A stretch of DNA of 52,859 nt from an uncultured Gammaproteobacteria bacterium (lineage in GTDB: Bacteria > Patescibacteriota > Patescibacteriia > Patescibacteriales > UBA12465), in NCBI GenBank assembly GCA_964473565.1, contig CAYYPI010000005.1, positions 1-52,859 on the forward strand, written 5' to 3'. Positions 28,912-39,030 of this stretch are shown piece by piece. Each line of letters starts with the position of its first letter. Within the stretch, counting starts at the first letter, position 1. Below the pieces are notes generated by a model. That model worked only from the letters and a program-made list of their open reading frames with translations. It had not been told where the DNA came from and did not search any database. A program made the translations under genes and the position numbers.

Positions 28912-29586
28912 ATGAAAATCTTAATAATTGATGATGACAAAGAAATCGTCAAATTCTTAAAACCTAGCTTAGAAGCTGAGTTTTATGTGGTAGATCAGGC
29001 TCATGATGGAGAAAAAGGTTCATTCATGGCCAGAACTAATCATTATGATTTAATTATTTTAGATTACATGATGCCTAAACAAAATGGATTAGAAACATTG
29101 AAGGAAATACGTAAGGATAAAGTACAAAGTTATATCATTGCTTTAACGGTAAAGTCTGAATTAAAAGATAAATCTAACTTATTTAAAGCCGGAGCTGATG
29201 ATTATTTAACTAAACCTTTTATTTTCGAAGAATTATTACTAAGAATTAAAGCAATATCTAAAAGACCGCCCTTAAAAAATATAAAGATTTTAGCTCTTGA
29301 TAATCTTAAATTAGAAGTGGATAGTCAAGAAGTCTATAGAGGCAAAAAGAAAATATACTTAACCAGAAAAGAGTTTTGTCTCTTAGAATATTTTTTAAAT
29401 AATATTAACAAGGTTTTATCTAGAGCTTTGATATTAGAAAATGTTTGGGATATCAATGCTGATCCATTTTCTAATACAATAGAATCGCATATATTAAATT
29501 TACGTAAAAAAATAGAAGCTCCTGGCAAAACTAAATTAATACACACTGTAGCTGGTAGAGGTTATAAGATGGCACTTAAACTATAG
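28912..29586 (+). CDS. OmpR/PhoB-family response regulator (orphan)
   Basis: MKILIIDDD (ATG 28912), LDYMMP, GADDYLTKPF, LTRKEF, LRKKI, IHTVAGRGY. Confidence 0.93.
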   Translation: MKILIIDDDKEIVKFLKPSLEAEFYVVDQAHDGEKGSFMARTNHYDLIILDYMMPKQNGLETLKEIRKDKVQSYIIALTVKSELKDKSNLFKAGADDYLTKPFIFEELLLRIKAISKRPPLKNIKILALDNLKLEVDSQEVYRGKKKIYLTRKEFCLLEYFLNNINKVLSRALILENVWDINADPFSNTIESHILNLRKKIEAPGKTKLIHTVAGRGYKMALKL

Positions 29587-30765
29587 TTAAAGAAATTTCT
29601 TACCTTTAATTTTTTCAGGTAAATACTCTTGATCAGTACTGTCCTCTAAAGGACTGTATTTATAGCCTTTACCATAATCAAGTTTTTTCATTAAATCAGT
29701 AGGAGCATTTCTAATATGTTTAGGAACAGCTAAATTACCAGAATCATAAACCTCAGCTTGAGCTTTATTATAGGCTTGATAAGCAGTGATACTTTTTTTA
29801 GATTTTGCTAAATATATAACTAAGTGCGCTAAATGCACTTTACACTCAGGCAGACCAATCTTCTTGCAGGCATCAAATACATTATTAGCTAGAAGTAAAG
29901 CACTGTTATTAGCAAGGCCAATATCCTCACTGGCAAATCGAAGTAATCGCCTAGCAACATAAACTGGATCCTCACCACCCTCAATTATTCTAGCTAACCA
30001 ATACACACTAGCATCAGCGTCTGAACCACGTATTGATTTGTGTAAGGCTGAGATTAAATTATAATGATTATCTGCTGCCTTGTCATGTAAAAGTTGAGGC
30101 TTATCTAAAACTTGCTCTAATTCCTTTTCTGTTACCTTCTTATAACTATTATCTAGCTTTTCTAAAATATTTAAAGCCTGACGAGCATCACCATTTGCTA
30201 AATGAGCTATTTTTTTCAAGACTTTATTATCAATTTCAAGACTAGTTTCTGTAAGGGCTCTAGTTAATATCTTCTCTATATCTTTTTTCTCTAAAGATTC
30301 TAAAACAACAACCTGAACTCTGGAAAGTAAAGCAGAGTTAATCTCAAAACTAGGATTTTCAGTAGTTGCTCCAATTAAAATAATCGTTCCTCTTTCTATA
30401 TGAGGAAGCAAAGCATCTTGTTGAGATTTATTCCAACGATGAATTTCGTCAATAAAAACTATAGTTTTAGCTCCCAATCTTTGATCTGCTTGAGCTCTAG
30501 TTATTACTTCCCTTAAATCCTTTAAACCACTGCTGACTGCACTGAGTTCAATAAAGTTAGACTTGCTTTCTTTTGCAATTAAAAAAGCTAAAGTAGTCTT
30601 CCCGCTTCCAGGAGGGCCCCAAAATATTAAAGAAGGAATCTTATCTTTCTTTAAACTTAATCTTAAAAAAGAATTGGCTTTAGCAATATTTTTCTGACCA
30701 ACGAAATCAGAAAATGTCTCAGGTCTTAATCTATTAGCTAAAGGTTGAAATTTATTATTTATCAT
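29587..30765 (-). CDS. rarA: Replication-associated recombination protein A (AAA+)
   Basis: PLANRLRP, GPPGSGKTT, DEIHR, GATTENP, SALHKSIRGSD, ASEDIGLA. Confidence 0.95.
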   Translation of the reverse strand: MINNKFQPLANRLRPETFSDFVGQKNIAKANSFLRLSLKKDKIPSLIFWGPPGSGKTTLAFLIAKESKSNFIELSAVSSGLKDLREVITRAQADQRLGAKTIVFIDEIHRWNKSQQDALLPHIERGTIILIGATTENPSFEINSALLSRVQVVVLESLEKKDIEKILTRALTETSLEIDNKVLKKIAHLANGDARQALNILEKLDNSYKKVTEKELEQVLDKPQLLHDKAADNHYNLISALHKSIRGSDADASVYWLARIIEGGEDPVYVARRLLRFASEDIGLANNSALLLANNVFDACKKIGLPECKVHLAHLVIYLAKSKKSITAYQAYNKAQAEVYDSGNLAVPKHIRNAPTDLMKKLDYGKGYKYSPLEDSTDQEYLPEKIKGKKFL

Positions 30766-31570
30766 TGATATTAATTTGTTTAATATCCTTAATAGTTTCT
30801 CCTAAAAACCTCTCTCCTAAACTTTTCAATCTATTACTTTTATCTGTGGTAAAGAAAAGTCTTTTTGCGTGCTTAGAAGTTTTTAATTTTATATCTTTAT
30901 GCCTTAAAAGATAATCCTTTAAACTAAGGGCTACCACCTCACCTGGATCTGAAACTAAAGTTCTCTTAGGCATAATTTCTCTAATAGTTTCTAACATATA
31001 AGGATAATGGGTGCAAGCTAATATTAAAGCATCCACTTGTTTCATTTTTAATTCACGTAAATAACTTTTCAATATTTTTCTAGCTTCAGGTTTGTGAGCC
31101 CAATTTTCTTCAATTAAAGGCACAAGTAGTGGTGTCTCTTTTTCAATAACTTCTAGTTCTGGATTTAAAGCCTTAATCTCTTCTTCATATATATGAGAAT
31201 TAATAGTAGCTCTTGTCCCTATTACTCCCACCTTTTTAAGCTTTTTATTTTTAGCAACCGCTTCTGCTAGTGGCCTAATAACTCCTAAAACTTTCTTATC
31301 TGGATATTTCTCAGGTAAATACTCCATCTGTATCTTTCTCAGCGCTTGACTAGAGGCACTATTGCAAGCAAATATTATTATCTCTGCTCCTTGTGAAAAC
31401 AAGAAATCCACTGCTTGCTTACTGTAATGGTAAATAAGTTCTTGTGACTTATTACCATAGGGAACCCTGGCATTATCTCCTAAATACAAATAATCATATT
31501 CAGGTAAATGCTTTAGAAACTCTTTTAGAACTGTTAGTCCACCTAGACCAGAATCAAAAACCCCTATCAT
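30755..31570 (-). CDS. murI: Glutamate racemase
   Basis: FDSGLGGLTV, PYG, ACNS, LACTHYP. Confidence 0.95.
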   Translation of the reverse strand: MIGVFDSGLGGLTVLKEFLKHLPEYDYLYLGDNARVPYGNKSQELIYHYSKQAVDFLFSQGAEIIIFACNSASSQALRKIQMEYLPEKYPDKKVLGVIRPLAEAVAKNKKLKKVGVIGTRATINSHIYEEEIKALNPELEVIEKETPLLVPLIEENWAHKPEARKILKSYLRELKMKQVDALILACTHYPYMLETIREIMPKRTLVSDPGEVVALSLKDYLLRHKDIKLKTSKHAKRLFFTTDKSNRLKSLGERFLGETIKDIKQININDK

Positions 31571-31571
31571 A

Positions 31572-31895
31572 TTATTTAAAGTTTCTTAACAATGAACGAC
31601 AATAATCATATTCTTCAGGATTAACCTGATCTTGAGTAATTAAAGTCTGACATGTTTCTAACTCTTGATTTAATATTTCTAGTTTTTCGCTAGACTCATT
31701 AATTTGGTTTATCTTTTCAGACTGAATATTATAATACAAATAAGCACCAGCTAAAACTATAATTAATATTATTGTCTCCACTAGTATTACTTTAGTCTTA
31801 AAAGATTTCTTATTTTTCTTTTCTTTGTAATCTTCAAGATTGTCTTCAAATTGAGATTCATTTTCTATATCATTTGTTTTGTTCTCTTCAGACAT
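31572..31895 (-). CDS. Hypothetical single-TM protein
   Basis: One hydrophobic helix; tightly coupled to murI. Confidence 0.6.
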   Translation of the reverse strand: MSEENKTNDIENESQFEDNLEDYKEKKNKKSFKTKVILVETIILIIVLAGAYLYYNIQSEKINQINESSEKLEILNQELETCQTLITQDQVNPEEYDYCRSLLRNFK

Positions 31896-31943
31896 ATATT
31901 CTTTTTAATTATTACTTATATTAAAGCTTAGCAGTAATAATAA

Positions 31944-32669
31944 TTATTTACTAGTCCAAGCACCATCAGCAAATATTACTTGACCAGTAATATAGCTAGC
32001 TTTATCTGAAGCAAGAAATGTAGCTAAGCCTGCTATTTCTTTTGGCTCCCCTACTCTTCCCATGGGTGTAGAGCTAGTAACTAGTTTATTAAAATCAGGA
32101 TTTTTTAAAAGCTCTTCAGTCATAGCTGTTTTAATAAAGCCTGGGCCAATGGCATTAACGCGAATATCCTTTTTAGCTAAATCAATAGCTGAGGCTTTAG
32201 TCAATTGCACTACTCCACCTTTAGACACACAATATGAAACAGCTCCTTCAAAACCAACTTCTCCTAATATTGAGCTCATATTAATAATTGATCCTTTAAC
32301 ATTATTTTCTTGCATGTACTTAGCAGCTTCTCTAGTACCATAAAATGTTCCTTTTAAATTTATATCAATTACCTTATCAAAGTTTTCATCATTTTCTTCT
32401 AAAATACCTCCTAAAGAACCAACACCAGCATTATTTACCATTACCTCTAAACTGCCAAACTCCTCTACTGCAAACTGAACTAATTTTTTCACTTCTTCAG
32501 ACTTAGAAACATCAGCTTTAAAATATCTAGCATTTTCTGGTAATTCATTTATTTTACTTACATCACTATAGACCACCTTAGCGCCTTGCTTAATAAAATC
32601 ATCAGCAATTGACCTACCAATACCTGAAGCTGCGCCTGTGACTATAGCTACTTTATTTTGTAATTCCAT
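31944..32669 (-). CDS. Short-chain dehydrogenase/reductase
   Basis: TGAASGIG, NNAG, YCVSK (YxxxK), IRVNAIGPG. Confidence 0.92.
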   Translation of the reverse strand: MELQNKVAIVTGAASGIGRSIADDFIKQGAKVVYSDVSKINELPENARYFKADVSKSEEVKKLVQFAVEEFGSLEVMVNNAGVGSLGGILEENDENFDKVIDINLKGTFYGTREAAKYMQENNVKGSIINMSSILGEVGFEGAVSYCVSKGGVVQLTKASAIDLAKKDIRVNAIGPGFIKTAMTEELLKNPDFNKLVTSSTPMGRVGEPKEIAGLATFLASDKASYITGQVIFADGAWTSK

Positions 32670-32753
32670 ATGTTTTTATTTTTAATTTAAATATTTATAA
32701 TTAATTATTTAGTTAATGAAGTCTTTAGTAATTATAACACAAAACTATAATCA

Positions 32754-33503
32754 TTAAATTTGTATTCTATTGAATAACTTAGAACCAATAAAAATAGTAA
32801 CGAAAGCTAATGAAAAAAGTATTACAATATTGAATCCCATATTAAAATAACCTTCTGAACTTAAGCTTTGTCTTAAACCATCGACTCCATAAGTTAGTGG
32901 GTTAATCCTAATAACGTAATATAATGTTTTATTAATCCCTTCCAAAGGAAATAGTGATCCAGATAAAAAGAAGGTTGGCATAACAATAAAGCTCATAATT
33001 AAATGAAACCCTTGCATATCTTCAAGTACTGAAGCAATAGCTGTACCAAAAGCTGTGAAAAATATTGCTATCAAAAACATAAACAAAAAAGCTAGTGGTA
33101 AATATATATATGACTCAATACTAAAGCCAAAAAAAGTTGATATTAGTAAAACAAATATACCTTGCAAAAAGGCCACTGTTGCTCCGCCAAAAGTTCTTCC
33201 TAACATTATATTAAACCTAGAAGCAGGAGCTACTAAAGTTTCTTTCAAGAAACCAAATTGTTTATCCCAAATTACTTCCATACCAGTGTACATGGCAGTA
33301 AAAATTATACTCATAGCAATAATTCCTGGTGCTAAAAACTGAATAAAGTCTCCTTGACCACTAGCTTGATACATAGGGCCAAAGCCAAAGCCAAGTGCTA
33401 TTAAAAAAAGTATAGGTTGCCCTAAAGATCCTAGTATTCTAGCCCTTGAACGTGTATATCTTTTTATTTGCCTAAGCCACAAAATGTAAATTGTATTTAA
33501 CAT
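32754..33503 (-). CDS. ABC-2 type exporter permease
   Basis: Six TMs; GFLKETLVAP, FLSGSLFP, NPLTYGVD; probable ATG 33503. Confidence 0.88.
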   Translation of the reverse strand: MLNTIYILWLRQIKRYTRSRARILGSLGQPILFLIALGFGFGPMYQASGQGDFIQFLAPGIIAMSIIFTAMYTGMEVIWDKQFGFLKETLVAPASRFNIMLGRTFGGATVAFLQGIFVLLISTFFGFSIESYIYLPLAFLFMFLIAIFFTAFGTAIASVLEDMQGFHLIMSFIVMPTFFLSGSLFPLEGINKTLYYVIRINPLTYGVDGLRQSLSSEGYFNMGFNIVILFSLAFVTIFIGSKLFNRIQI

Positions 33504-33507
33504 ATAA

Positions 33508-34302
33508 TTACTTCTTTCTGATGTATTGTTTAATAACATCTAAATTATCACCTCTTTCTTCTCTAATGTTTTTACCAGTTAAATTAATAAAGGCTTCTTC
33601 TAAATTAGCGCTTTGCTTTTTTTCTAAAATCTCAGCAACGGTTCCCTGGCTAACAATTTTGCCATTATCAATAATTGCCACTCTATCAGCAATTTTTTCC
33701 ACCTCATCCATATAATGAGTAGAAAAGAAAATAGTAATATTTTCTCTTTTATTTAATTTGCTAATATAAGACCAGATGTGCTGACGTGTTTGAGGGTCTA
33801 ATCCTAAAGTAGGTTCATCTAAAAATAATATTTTAGGATGATGAAGTAAACCTCTAGCAATTTCTAATCTTCTTTTCATGCCACCTGAATACTTTTTAAC
33901 TATCATATTCCTCTTATCCCAAAGCTCTACCATTTCCAGTAGCTCTTTAATCTTCTCCTTTCTTTCTTTCTTTGGGACTCTATAAAGCACTGCATGAAAA
34001 TGCATGTTTTCATAAGCAGTTAACTCAATATCTAAACTTTGATCTTGAAAAACAATTCCAAAAGATTCTCTAACTTTATTTTTCTCCTCTAAAATATTAT
34101 AGCCATTAACATAAATACTACCACTAGTGGGTTTTAAAAGAGTTGTTAATATCTTTATAGTAGTACTTTTCCCTGCTCCATTGGGGCCTAAAAAAGCAAA
34201 AAACTCACCTCTTTTAACATTAAAAGTGATATCATCTACAGCTTTTAGATCTTGAAACTTCTTTGTTAAGTTTTTTATTTCAATTATATTGTCGTTTTCC
34301 AT
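33508..34302 (-). CDS. ABC exporter ATP-binding protein (DrrA-like)
   Basis: GPNGAGKST, YSGGMKRR, LFLDEPT, STH; probable ATG 34302. Confidence 0.92.
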   Translation of the reverse strand: MENDNIIEIKNLTKKFQDLKAVDDITFNVKRGEFFAFLGPNGAGKSTTIKILTTLLKPTSGSIYVNGYNILEEKNKVRESFGIVFQDQSLDIELTAYENMHFHAVLYRVPKKERKEKIKELLEMVELWDKRNMIVKKYSGGMKRRLEIARGLLHHPKILFLDEPTLGLDPQTRQHIWSYISKLNKRENITIFFSTHYMDEVEKIADRVAIIDNGKIVSQGTVAEILEKKQSANLEEAFINLTGKNIREERGDNLDVIKQYIRKK

Positions 34303-34303
34303 A

Positions 34304-35440
34304 CTATTTATCTTTGCTTTCATTTTCTTTTCCATAATACCAAGCAGCTAAAAAGGTAGCAACTGGGACAGAAAAAATTAAACCTATAGTTCCACTTAGC
34401 GTTCTAATAATCTCAGTGGCTATAAGCTCTGTATTAATAATATGCTCTATGGAGTTAAAGGGACTCTCACCTGAGATAAATAATATTAATAGTGGCAAAG
34501 ATACTCCAGCATAAGCTAGGAATAAGGTGTTAGTCATGGAAGCAATATGAGAAACTCCTACTCTATAAGTTTTCACAAATATCTCCTTAAACCTATAACT
34601 CAAATTACTACTAGCTATTTCTTTGGCTGTGGAAATTTGCGATATCACTGCATCATCTAAGACACCTAGTGCACCGATAATAATTCCTGCTAAGAGTAAC
34701 CCTTTTAAGTTAATAGTAGCTCCTTCTATATTAAATAAAAATAAGATATCTTCACTGGCAGCACCTGTTAATTGCGCTAAATTAACAAAAAGCCAGGAAA
34801 TAAAAATAGTAATCACTAAACTAAAAAATATACTTGCCACTGCTAAATGAGATTTAACCTTAATACCCTCAGTTACGTAAATAATAACTAACAATATTAA
34901 AAGCGAACCTAAAATGGTAACCATTAAAGGATTAGCTCCAGCTAAAATTTTAGGAATAATATAAGATATAATAATAAAAAAAGTAAAAGATAGAACTATT
35001 AAAGATCTAAAACCTTTCCATCTACCAACAATAAGAAGTATTGCTACAAATAAAGCTAGTAAGTACCAAATACTAGCAGTTCTATAAGGTTCTACTATAT
35101 AATAAAAATCTTGCCCATTTGCTGCTTGACTATGAGCCATTAAGACTTTATCTCCGACTTCATAAGTTTGGGCGCTTAAAACTTCTAAATCACCAATACC
35201 TTCAAAAACTATTGTCTCATTCTCATATTCACCTTCTAAACCTAATAATTTTAAATTTTGTTGAAGCTGACTACTTTCATTATTAAACTCAAGCAACTCT
35301 TCATCTAAAATCTCAACAACTTCAGCCTTAAAAATGCTTTCCTCTGAAACTTGATTATTAACTTGCGCTTTAGAGCTAAGAGGAAGCAAAGTAATAAATA
35401 CAAAAATTACTAGTATTATTTTTTTTGTAATTTTTTTCAT
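34304..35440 (-). CDS. YibE/F family membrane protein
   Basis: GALGVLDD..ISQ, HIASMTNTLFLAYAG, EIIRTL. Confidence 0.88.
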   Translation of the reverse strand: MKKITKKIILVIFVFITLLPLSSKAQVNNQVSEESIFKAEVVEILDEELLEFNNESSQLQQNLKLLGLEGEYENETIVFEGIGDLEVLSAQTYEVGDKVLMAHSQAANGQDFYYIVEPYRTASIWYLLALFVAILLIVGRWKGFRSLIVLSFTFFIIISYIIPKILAGANPLMVTILGSLLILLVIIYVTEGIKVKSHLAVASIFFSLVITIFISWLFVNLAQLTGAASEDILFLFNIEGATINLKGLLLAGIIIGALGVLDDAVISQISTAKEIASSNLSYRFKEIFVKTYRVGVSHIASMTNTLFLAYAGVSLPLLILFISGESPFNSIEHIINTELIATEIIRTLSGTIGLIFSVPVATFLAAWYYGKENESKDK

Positions 35441-35478
35441 ATATTATATTTTAACATAATCTGAAAATTATTAGAATC

Positions 35479-35530
35479 TTGCCATAGTTTAAATATATTG
35501 TTAGAATACCAATACCTACCCCCCAGGTAT
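35479..35530 (+). promoter_or_regulatory. Promoter and CsoR/RcnR-type operator
   Basis: TTGCCA, 17 bp, TAGAAT with extended TG; then ATACCT-ACCCCCC-AGGTAT (35512-35530), an inverted repeat flanking a C tract. Confidence 0.7.
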
Positions 35531-35548
35531 ATAAATAACATTAAATAT

Positions 35549-35797
35549 ATGAACAAAGACACTAAAGAATACAAGAAAACATTAATCAATTTAAAGAAAG
35601 CTTCTTCTCAAATTAAAAACATAATAGAGATGATGGAAAAACAAGAATATTGTATTGATATTATGCAACAAAATTTAGCTGCTATTGGACTACTCAAATC
35701 TGCCCACAGCCATCTCATGGAAAACCACTTAAAGACTTGCTTTTCTAGAGCCATGAAAAGCAGTAATGAGAAGATGAAAGATAAAATAACTAACTAA
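35549..35797 (+). CDS. CsoR/RcnR-family metal-sensing repressor, C-terminus possibly truncated
   Basis: YCIDIMQQ..A..G, HL..C (Cys-His-Cys ligands); ATG 35549. Confidence 0.85.
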   Translation: MNKDTKEYKKTLINLKKASSQIKNIIEMMEKQEYCIDIMQQNLAAIGLLKSAHSHLMENHLKTCFSRAMKSSNEKMKDKITN

Positions 35798-36045
35798 TTT
35801 TATGAAATAATTTAAAAACATCTACTTGGTGATACCCTTGATATTTAACATAGTTTTTAGACATCATTTCATCAACACCAACCGTAGGCACAAAGTATCT
35901 TTTGACCTAAAGACTGGCTTTGAAAAATTTTTTGGTGATTGCACTCACGATATAAAAAAACAAAATACTTAAGTAATTCTATTTAATATAATGTTTTTAA
36001 ACCAAGAGCTTCACTCTAAACACACACCTGCTAAAGTAGGTGGTT
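35790..36045 (-). mobile_element. Decayed IS200/IS605 element (tnpA C-terminal fragment and terminal hairpin)
   Basis: Minus frame reads L*VKRYFVPTVGVDEMMSKNYVKYQ...KLF, resembling TnpA LWxxxYFVxTVG..YxxxQ with the Trp codon changed to TAG (35909-35907); hairpin CACCTGCT-AA-AGTAGGTG at 36025-36042. Confidence 0.75.
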
Positions 36046-36066
36046 TTTAATTCTTATAACAAACAC

Positions 36067-37566
36067 CTAGTTGAGCCTTAAAATATCATCAATAATTTGT
36101 CTATCATTTTTAAGTCTAGGCACTTTATATTGACCTCCTAAGCGCTTGTTAGCTTTGAGCCAATCATAAAAGAGATTCTCCCTAGCTACAATGATTTCAG
36201 GCATTGAGAGGGTCATATCGTTATATCGTTTAGCCTCATAATCAGAATTTAATTTCTTTAATTCCTTATCTAAATCTTGAATATAGTTATTAAGATCTTT
36301 AGGAGCTTTGTTAAACTCAATCAACCATTGATGTCTACCAGTATTTTTTTCAGACATAAATACTGGAGCTACTGTGTACTCTTTAATTTCAGAGTCATGA
36401 AGCTTATTAGTTTCAGTTAAAGCTTTCTCTGCATTATCAATAATTAACTCTTCACCAAAAGCGTTAATAAAACTTTTAACACGTCCACTAACTATAATTC
36501 TAGGTGGTTTTAAGCTAGTAAATTTGATGGTATCACCAATCAGATAGCGCCACAAACCTGAATTAGTACTAATAATTAAAGCATAATTTTTATTTAACTC
36601 TACTTCATTTATAGTATAGATTTTAGGGTTTTCATTATCTATATCTTCTAAAGCTAAGAATTCATAGAAAATAGAAGAGTTAAAAGACAAGAGCATATCA
36701 CTTCTTTCTAAATCATCCTGAAAAGCAAAAAAACCTTCAGAGGCATTATAAACTTCTAAATAATTAATGCTTCTTTTTTTAAATAATTTCTCAAATTGAG
36801 ATTTATAGGGTGAAAAACTAACGCCACCATGAATAAATAATTCAAAATTTGGCCAAACTTTATGTAAATCATCTTTATCTTCAAGTTCCAAAACTTTCTT
36901 CATTAAAAGTAAATTCCAAGACGGTACGCCTGAAAAACTAATCATATCTTCCTTTCTGATAATATTAGCCATTTTAGCAAGCTTTAGCTCCCAATCACTC
37001 ATGGTAGCAATTTTAAACTTAGGACTTCTTCTTAGTTTGATCCACCAAGGTAAAAACTTTATCAAAAGTACCGAAATGTCAGAAATATATTTATCTTTTC
37101 CTAAATCTTTATTTTGTCTACTGCCAGCTAAAGCAAAACTTTTGCCGTACAATAATTTTGAACGCTTAACTTGATTAAAGTATGTAGCTAGTAAATCTTT
37201 GCCAACCTTATAATGGTTAGCCTTTAGACTTTCTTTAGTCACAGGGATAAATTTGCTCTTAGAACTACTAGTACCTGAGGATTTAGAAAATAAGTTAATT
37301 TTCCCAGGCCATAGAACATCAAGTTTGTTCCCTTCTAGAATTTCTAATATATAGGGCTCAAGATCTTCATAGCTAGAAATAGGTACCTGTTTTTGATAAT
37401 CTTTGATATTACTAATATTTTTGTAATCATAATTAATTCCCCACTTTGTATTTTTAGCTCTAGTAATTAAATCTTTAAAAATCTTCTTTTGACAAAAAAA
37501 AGGATCTTCTAAATCCTTTTGCAGTTTTTTATACTTTCTTTGAAAAAGCAGTTTTCCTAAATTCAT
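36067..37566 (-). CDS. GH3 family acyl-adenylate-forming (acyl acid-amido synthetase-like) protein
   Basis: SSGTS..SKFIP, YNASEG, WRYLIGD, GGQYKVPRL motifs. Confidence 0.88.
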   Translation of the reverse strand: MNLGKLLFQRKYKKLQKDLEDPFFCQKKIFKDLITRAKNTKWGINYDYKNISNIKDYQKQVPISSYEDLEPYILEILEGNKLDVLWPGKINLFSKSSGTSSSKSKFIPVTKESLKANHYKVGKDLLATYFNQVKRSKLLYGKSFALAGSRQNKDLGKDKYISDISVLLIKFLPWWIKLRRSPKFKIATMSDWELKLAKMANIIRKEDMISFSGVPSWNLLLMKKVLELEDKDDLHKVWPNFELFIHGGVSFSPYKSQFEKLFKKRSINYLEVYNASEGFFAFQDDLERSDMLLSFNSSIFYEFLALEDIDNENPKIYTINEVELNKNYALIISTNSGLWRYLIGDTIKFTSLKPPRIIVSGRVKSFINAFGEELIIDNAEKALTETNKLHDSEIKEYTVAPVFMSEKNTGRHQWLIEFNKAPKDLNNYIQDLDKELKKLNSDYEAKRYNDMTLSMPEIIVARENLFYDWLKANKRLGGQYKVPRLKNDRQIIDDILRLN

Positions 37567-37569
37567 ATA

Positions 37570-38562
37570 TTATCTTTTAACAGCTAGTTGACCACAAGCA
37601 GCCTGACCTTCGTTGCCAAAACTACTTCTAAGAGTAGTTCTGATTCCTCTTTTCTCTAAAACTCTTTTAAAGTTTTGAATTTGTTTTTCTTCACTGGACT
37701 TAAAAACTCCTGAATCATTATATCTAATTAAATTCAGCATATATAATTTCTTATTTAAAATGTCAGCTAACTCATTAGCTAATTTTATACTATCATTTAC
37801 ACCTTTTATCACCACATACTCAAACATAACTTGGCGACCAGTTAACTCAATATATGAATCAACTAGTTCTAGCAATTCTTTTATACTTTGTTTTTTATTA
37901 ATAGGCATTAAGTGACTTCTAAGCTTGTCATTAGGAGCATGAAGCGAAACAGCTAAATTAACTTGTAATTTAGACTTAATCATTTTTTCAATTCCCTTTC
38001 TAATACCAACCGTAGAGATTGATATTTTTCTAGCACCAATATTAAATTTGTCTTCACTATTTAACATTTCAATAGCTCTAAAAACATTATCAATATTTAA
38101 AAATGGTTCACCCATACCCATAAAGACAATATTATCTACTTTTTCATTTTTTTCTTTTAATTTTCTAGCAAAATATAATACCTGCTCCACAATCTCTTTA
38201 GCACTGAGATTACGTATAAAGCCCATTTGTCCAGTAGCACAGAATTTGCAGCCCAAAGCACAACCAATTTGACTGGAAACACACACAGTATTTCTTTTAT
38301 TTAAGTTTTTAATAAGTACAGCCTCTACTTTCTGCTTATCTTCTAAAGTAATCACCGCCTTAACAGAAGCATCCTTTAAAACTACTTCCTGAGCATTTAT
38401 TTGCAAAGAGCAGCTATCCTCCAACTTAGCTCTTAAATCTTTTGGTAGAACACTAGCTTCCTGCCAAGATGATATAAAATCTTGGTATATTAGCTTATTA
38501 ATTTGTTTAATCCTAAAACTAGGACTAGCCTGAAGAAGTTCTGTTAATTTATCTAAATTCAT
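37570..38562 (-). CDS. rlmN: 23S rRNA/tRNA m2A radical SAM methyltransferase
   Basis: CVSSQIGCALGCKFCATG, FMGMGEP, SLHAP, AACGQL. Confidence 0.95.
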   Translation of the reverse strand: MNLDKLTELLQASPSFRIKQINKLIYQDFISSWQEASVLPKDLRAKLEDSCSLQINAQEVVLKDASVKAVITLEDKQKVEAVLIKNLNKRNTVCVSSQIGCALGCKFCATGQMGFIRNLSAKEIVEQVLYFARKLKEKNEKVDNIVFMGMGEPFLNIDNVFRAIEMLNSEDKFNIGARKISISTVGIRKGIEKMIKSKLQVNLAVSLHAPNDKLRSHLMPINKKQSIKELLELVDSYIELTGRQVMFEYVVIKGVNDSIKLANELADILNKKLYMLNLIRYNDSGVFKSSEEKQIQNFKRVLEKRGIRTTLRSSFGNEGQAACGQLAVKR

Positions 38563-38592
38563 ATTTATCTTAATTTACTCTCTCTAAAATAA

Positions 38593-38859
38593 TTAATGCG
38601 ACTTAATTCTTCTTTTTCGTATAGGATAATAGACTACTCCTATAATAATAAGCACTAAACCAACAACAAAAGCAATCCAGCCTATATAGGTAAAAAGGAT
38701 ATTATTATCAAACAACTTGATAGCGGCAATACTTAAAACAAAAGAAGAAAAGCCTGTTCTTATATAAGCAAGAGTATTGCGTTCGTTAGCAAAAACTGTT
38801 CTCTCTTGAGCAAGTAATTTACGTGATTTTAATGTTTTATCTATATTATTGTTATCCAT
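38593..38859 (-). CDS. DUF202 (YidH-like) membrane protein
   Basis: LAQERTVFANERNTLAYIRTG followed by two TMs. Confidence 0.85.
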   Translation of the reverse strand: MDNNNIDKTLKSRKLLAQERTVFANERNTLAYIRTGFSSFVLSIAAIKLFDNNILFTYIGWIAFVVGLVLIIIGVVYYPIRKRRIKSH

Positions 38860-39030
38860 AATAATAATTATAAATTATATAGTCATATATGTTTATATTG
38901 AATATGTTTCTAATTATTATTATACAATATCTTGAACTCTTTTCCTAACTTATCTATTTAAGTTTAATATAATAACTTAAGTTAATATATTAAATAAAGC
39001 AAAATAAACAATAATAGATAGAAAAATTAA

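Noticed and set aside
38860-39030. AT-rich spacer with the palindrome TAACTTAAGTTA
   Set aside because: Such palindromes are expected by chance at this AT content and have no supporting context
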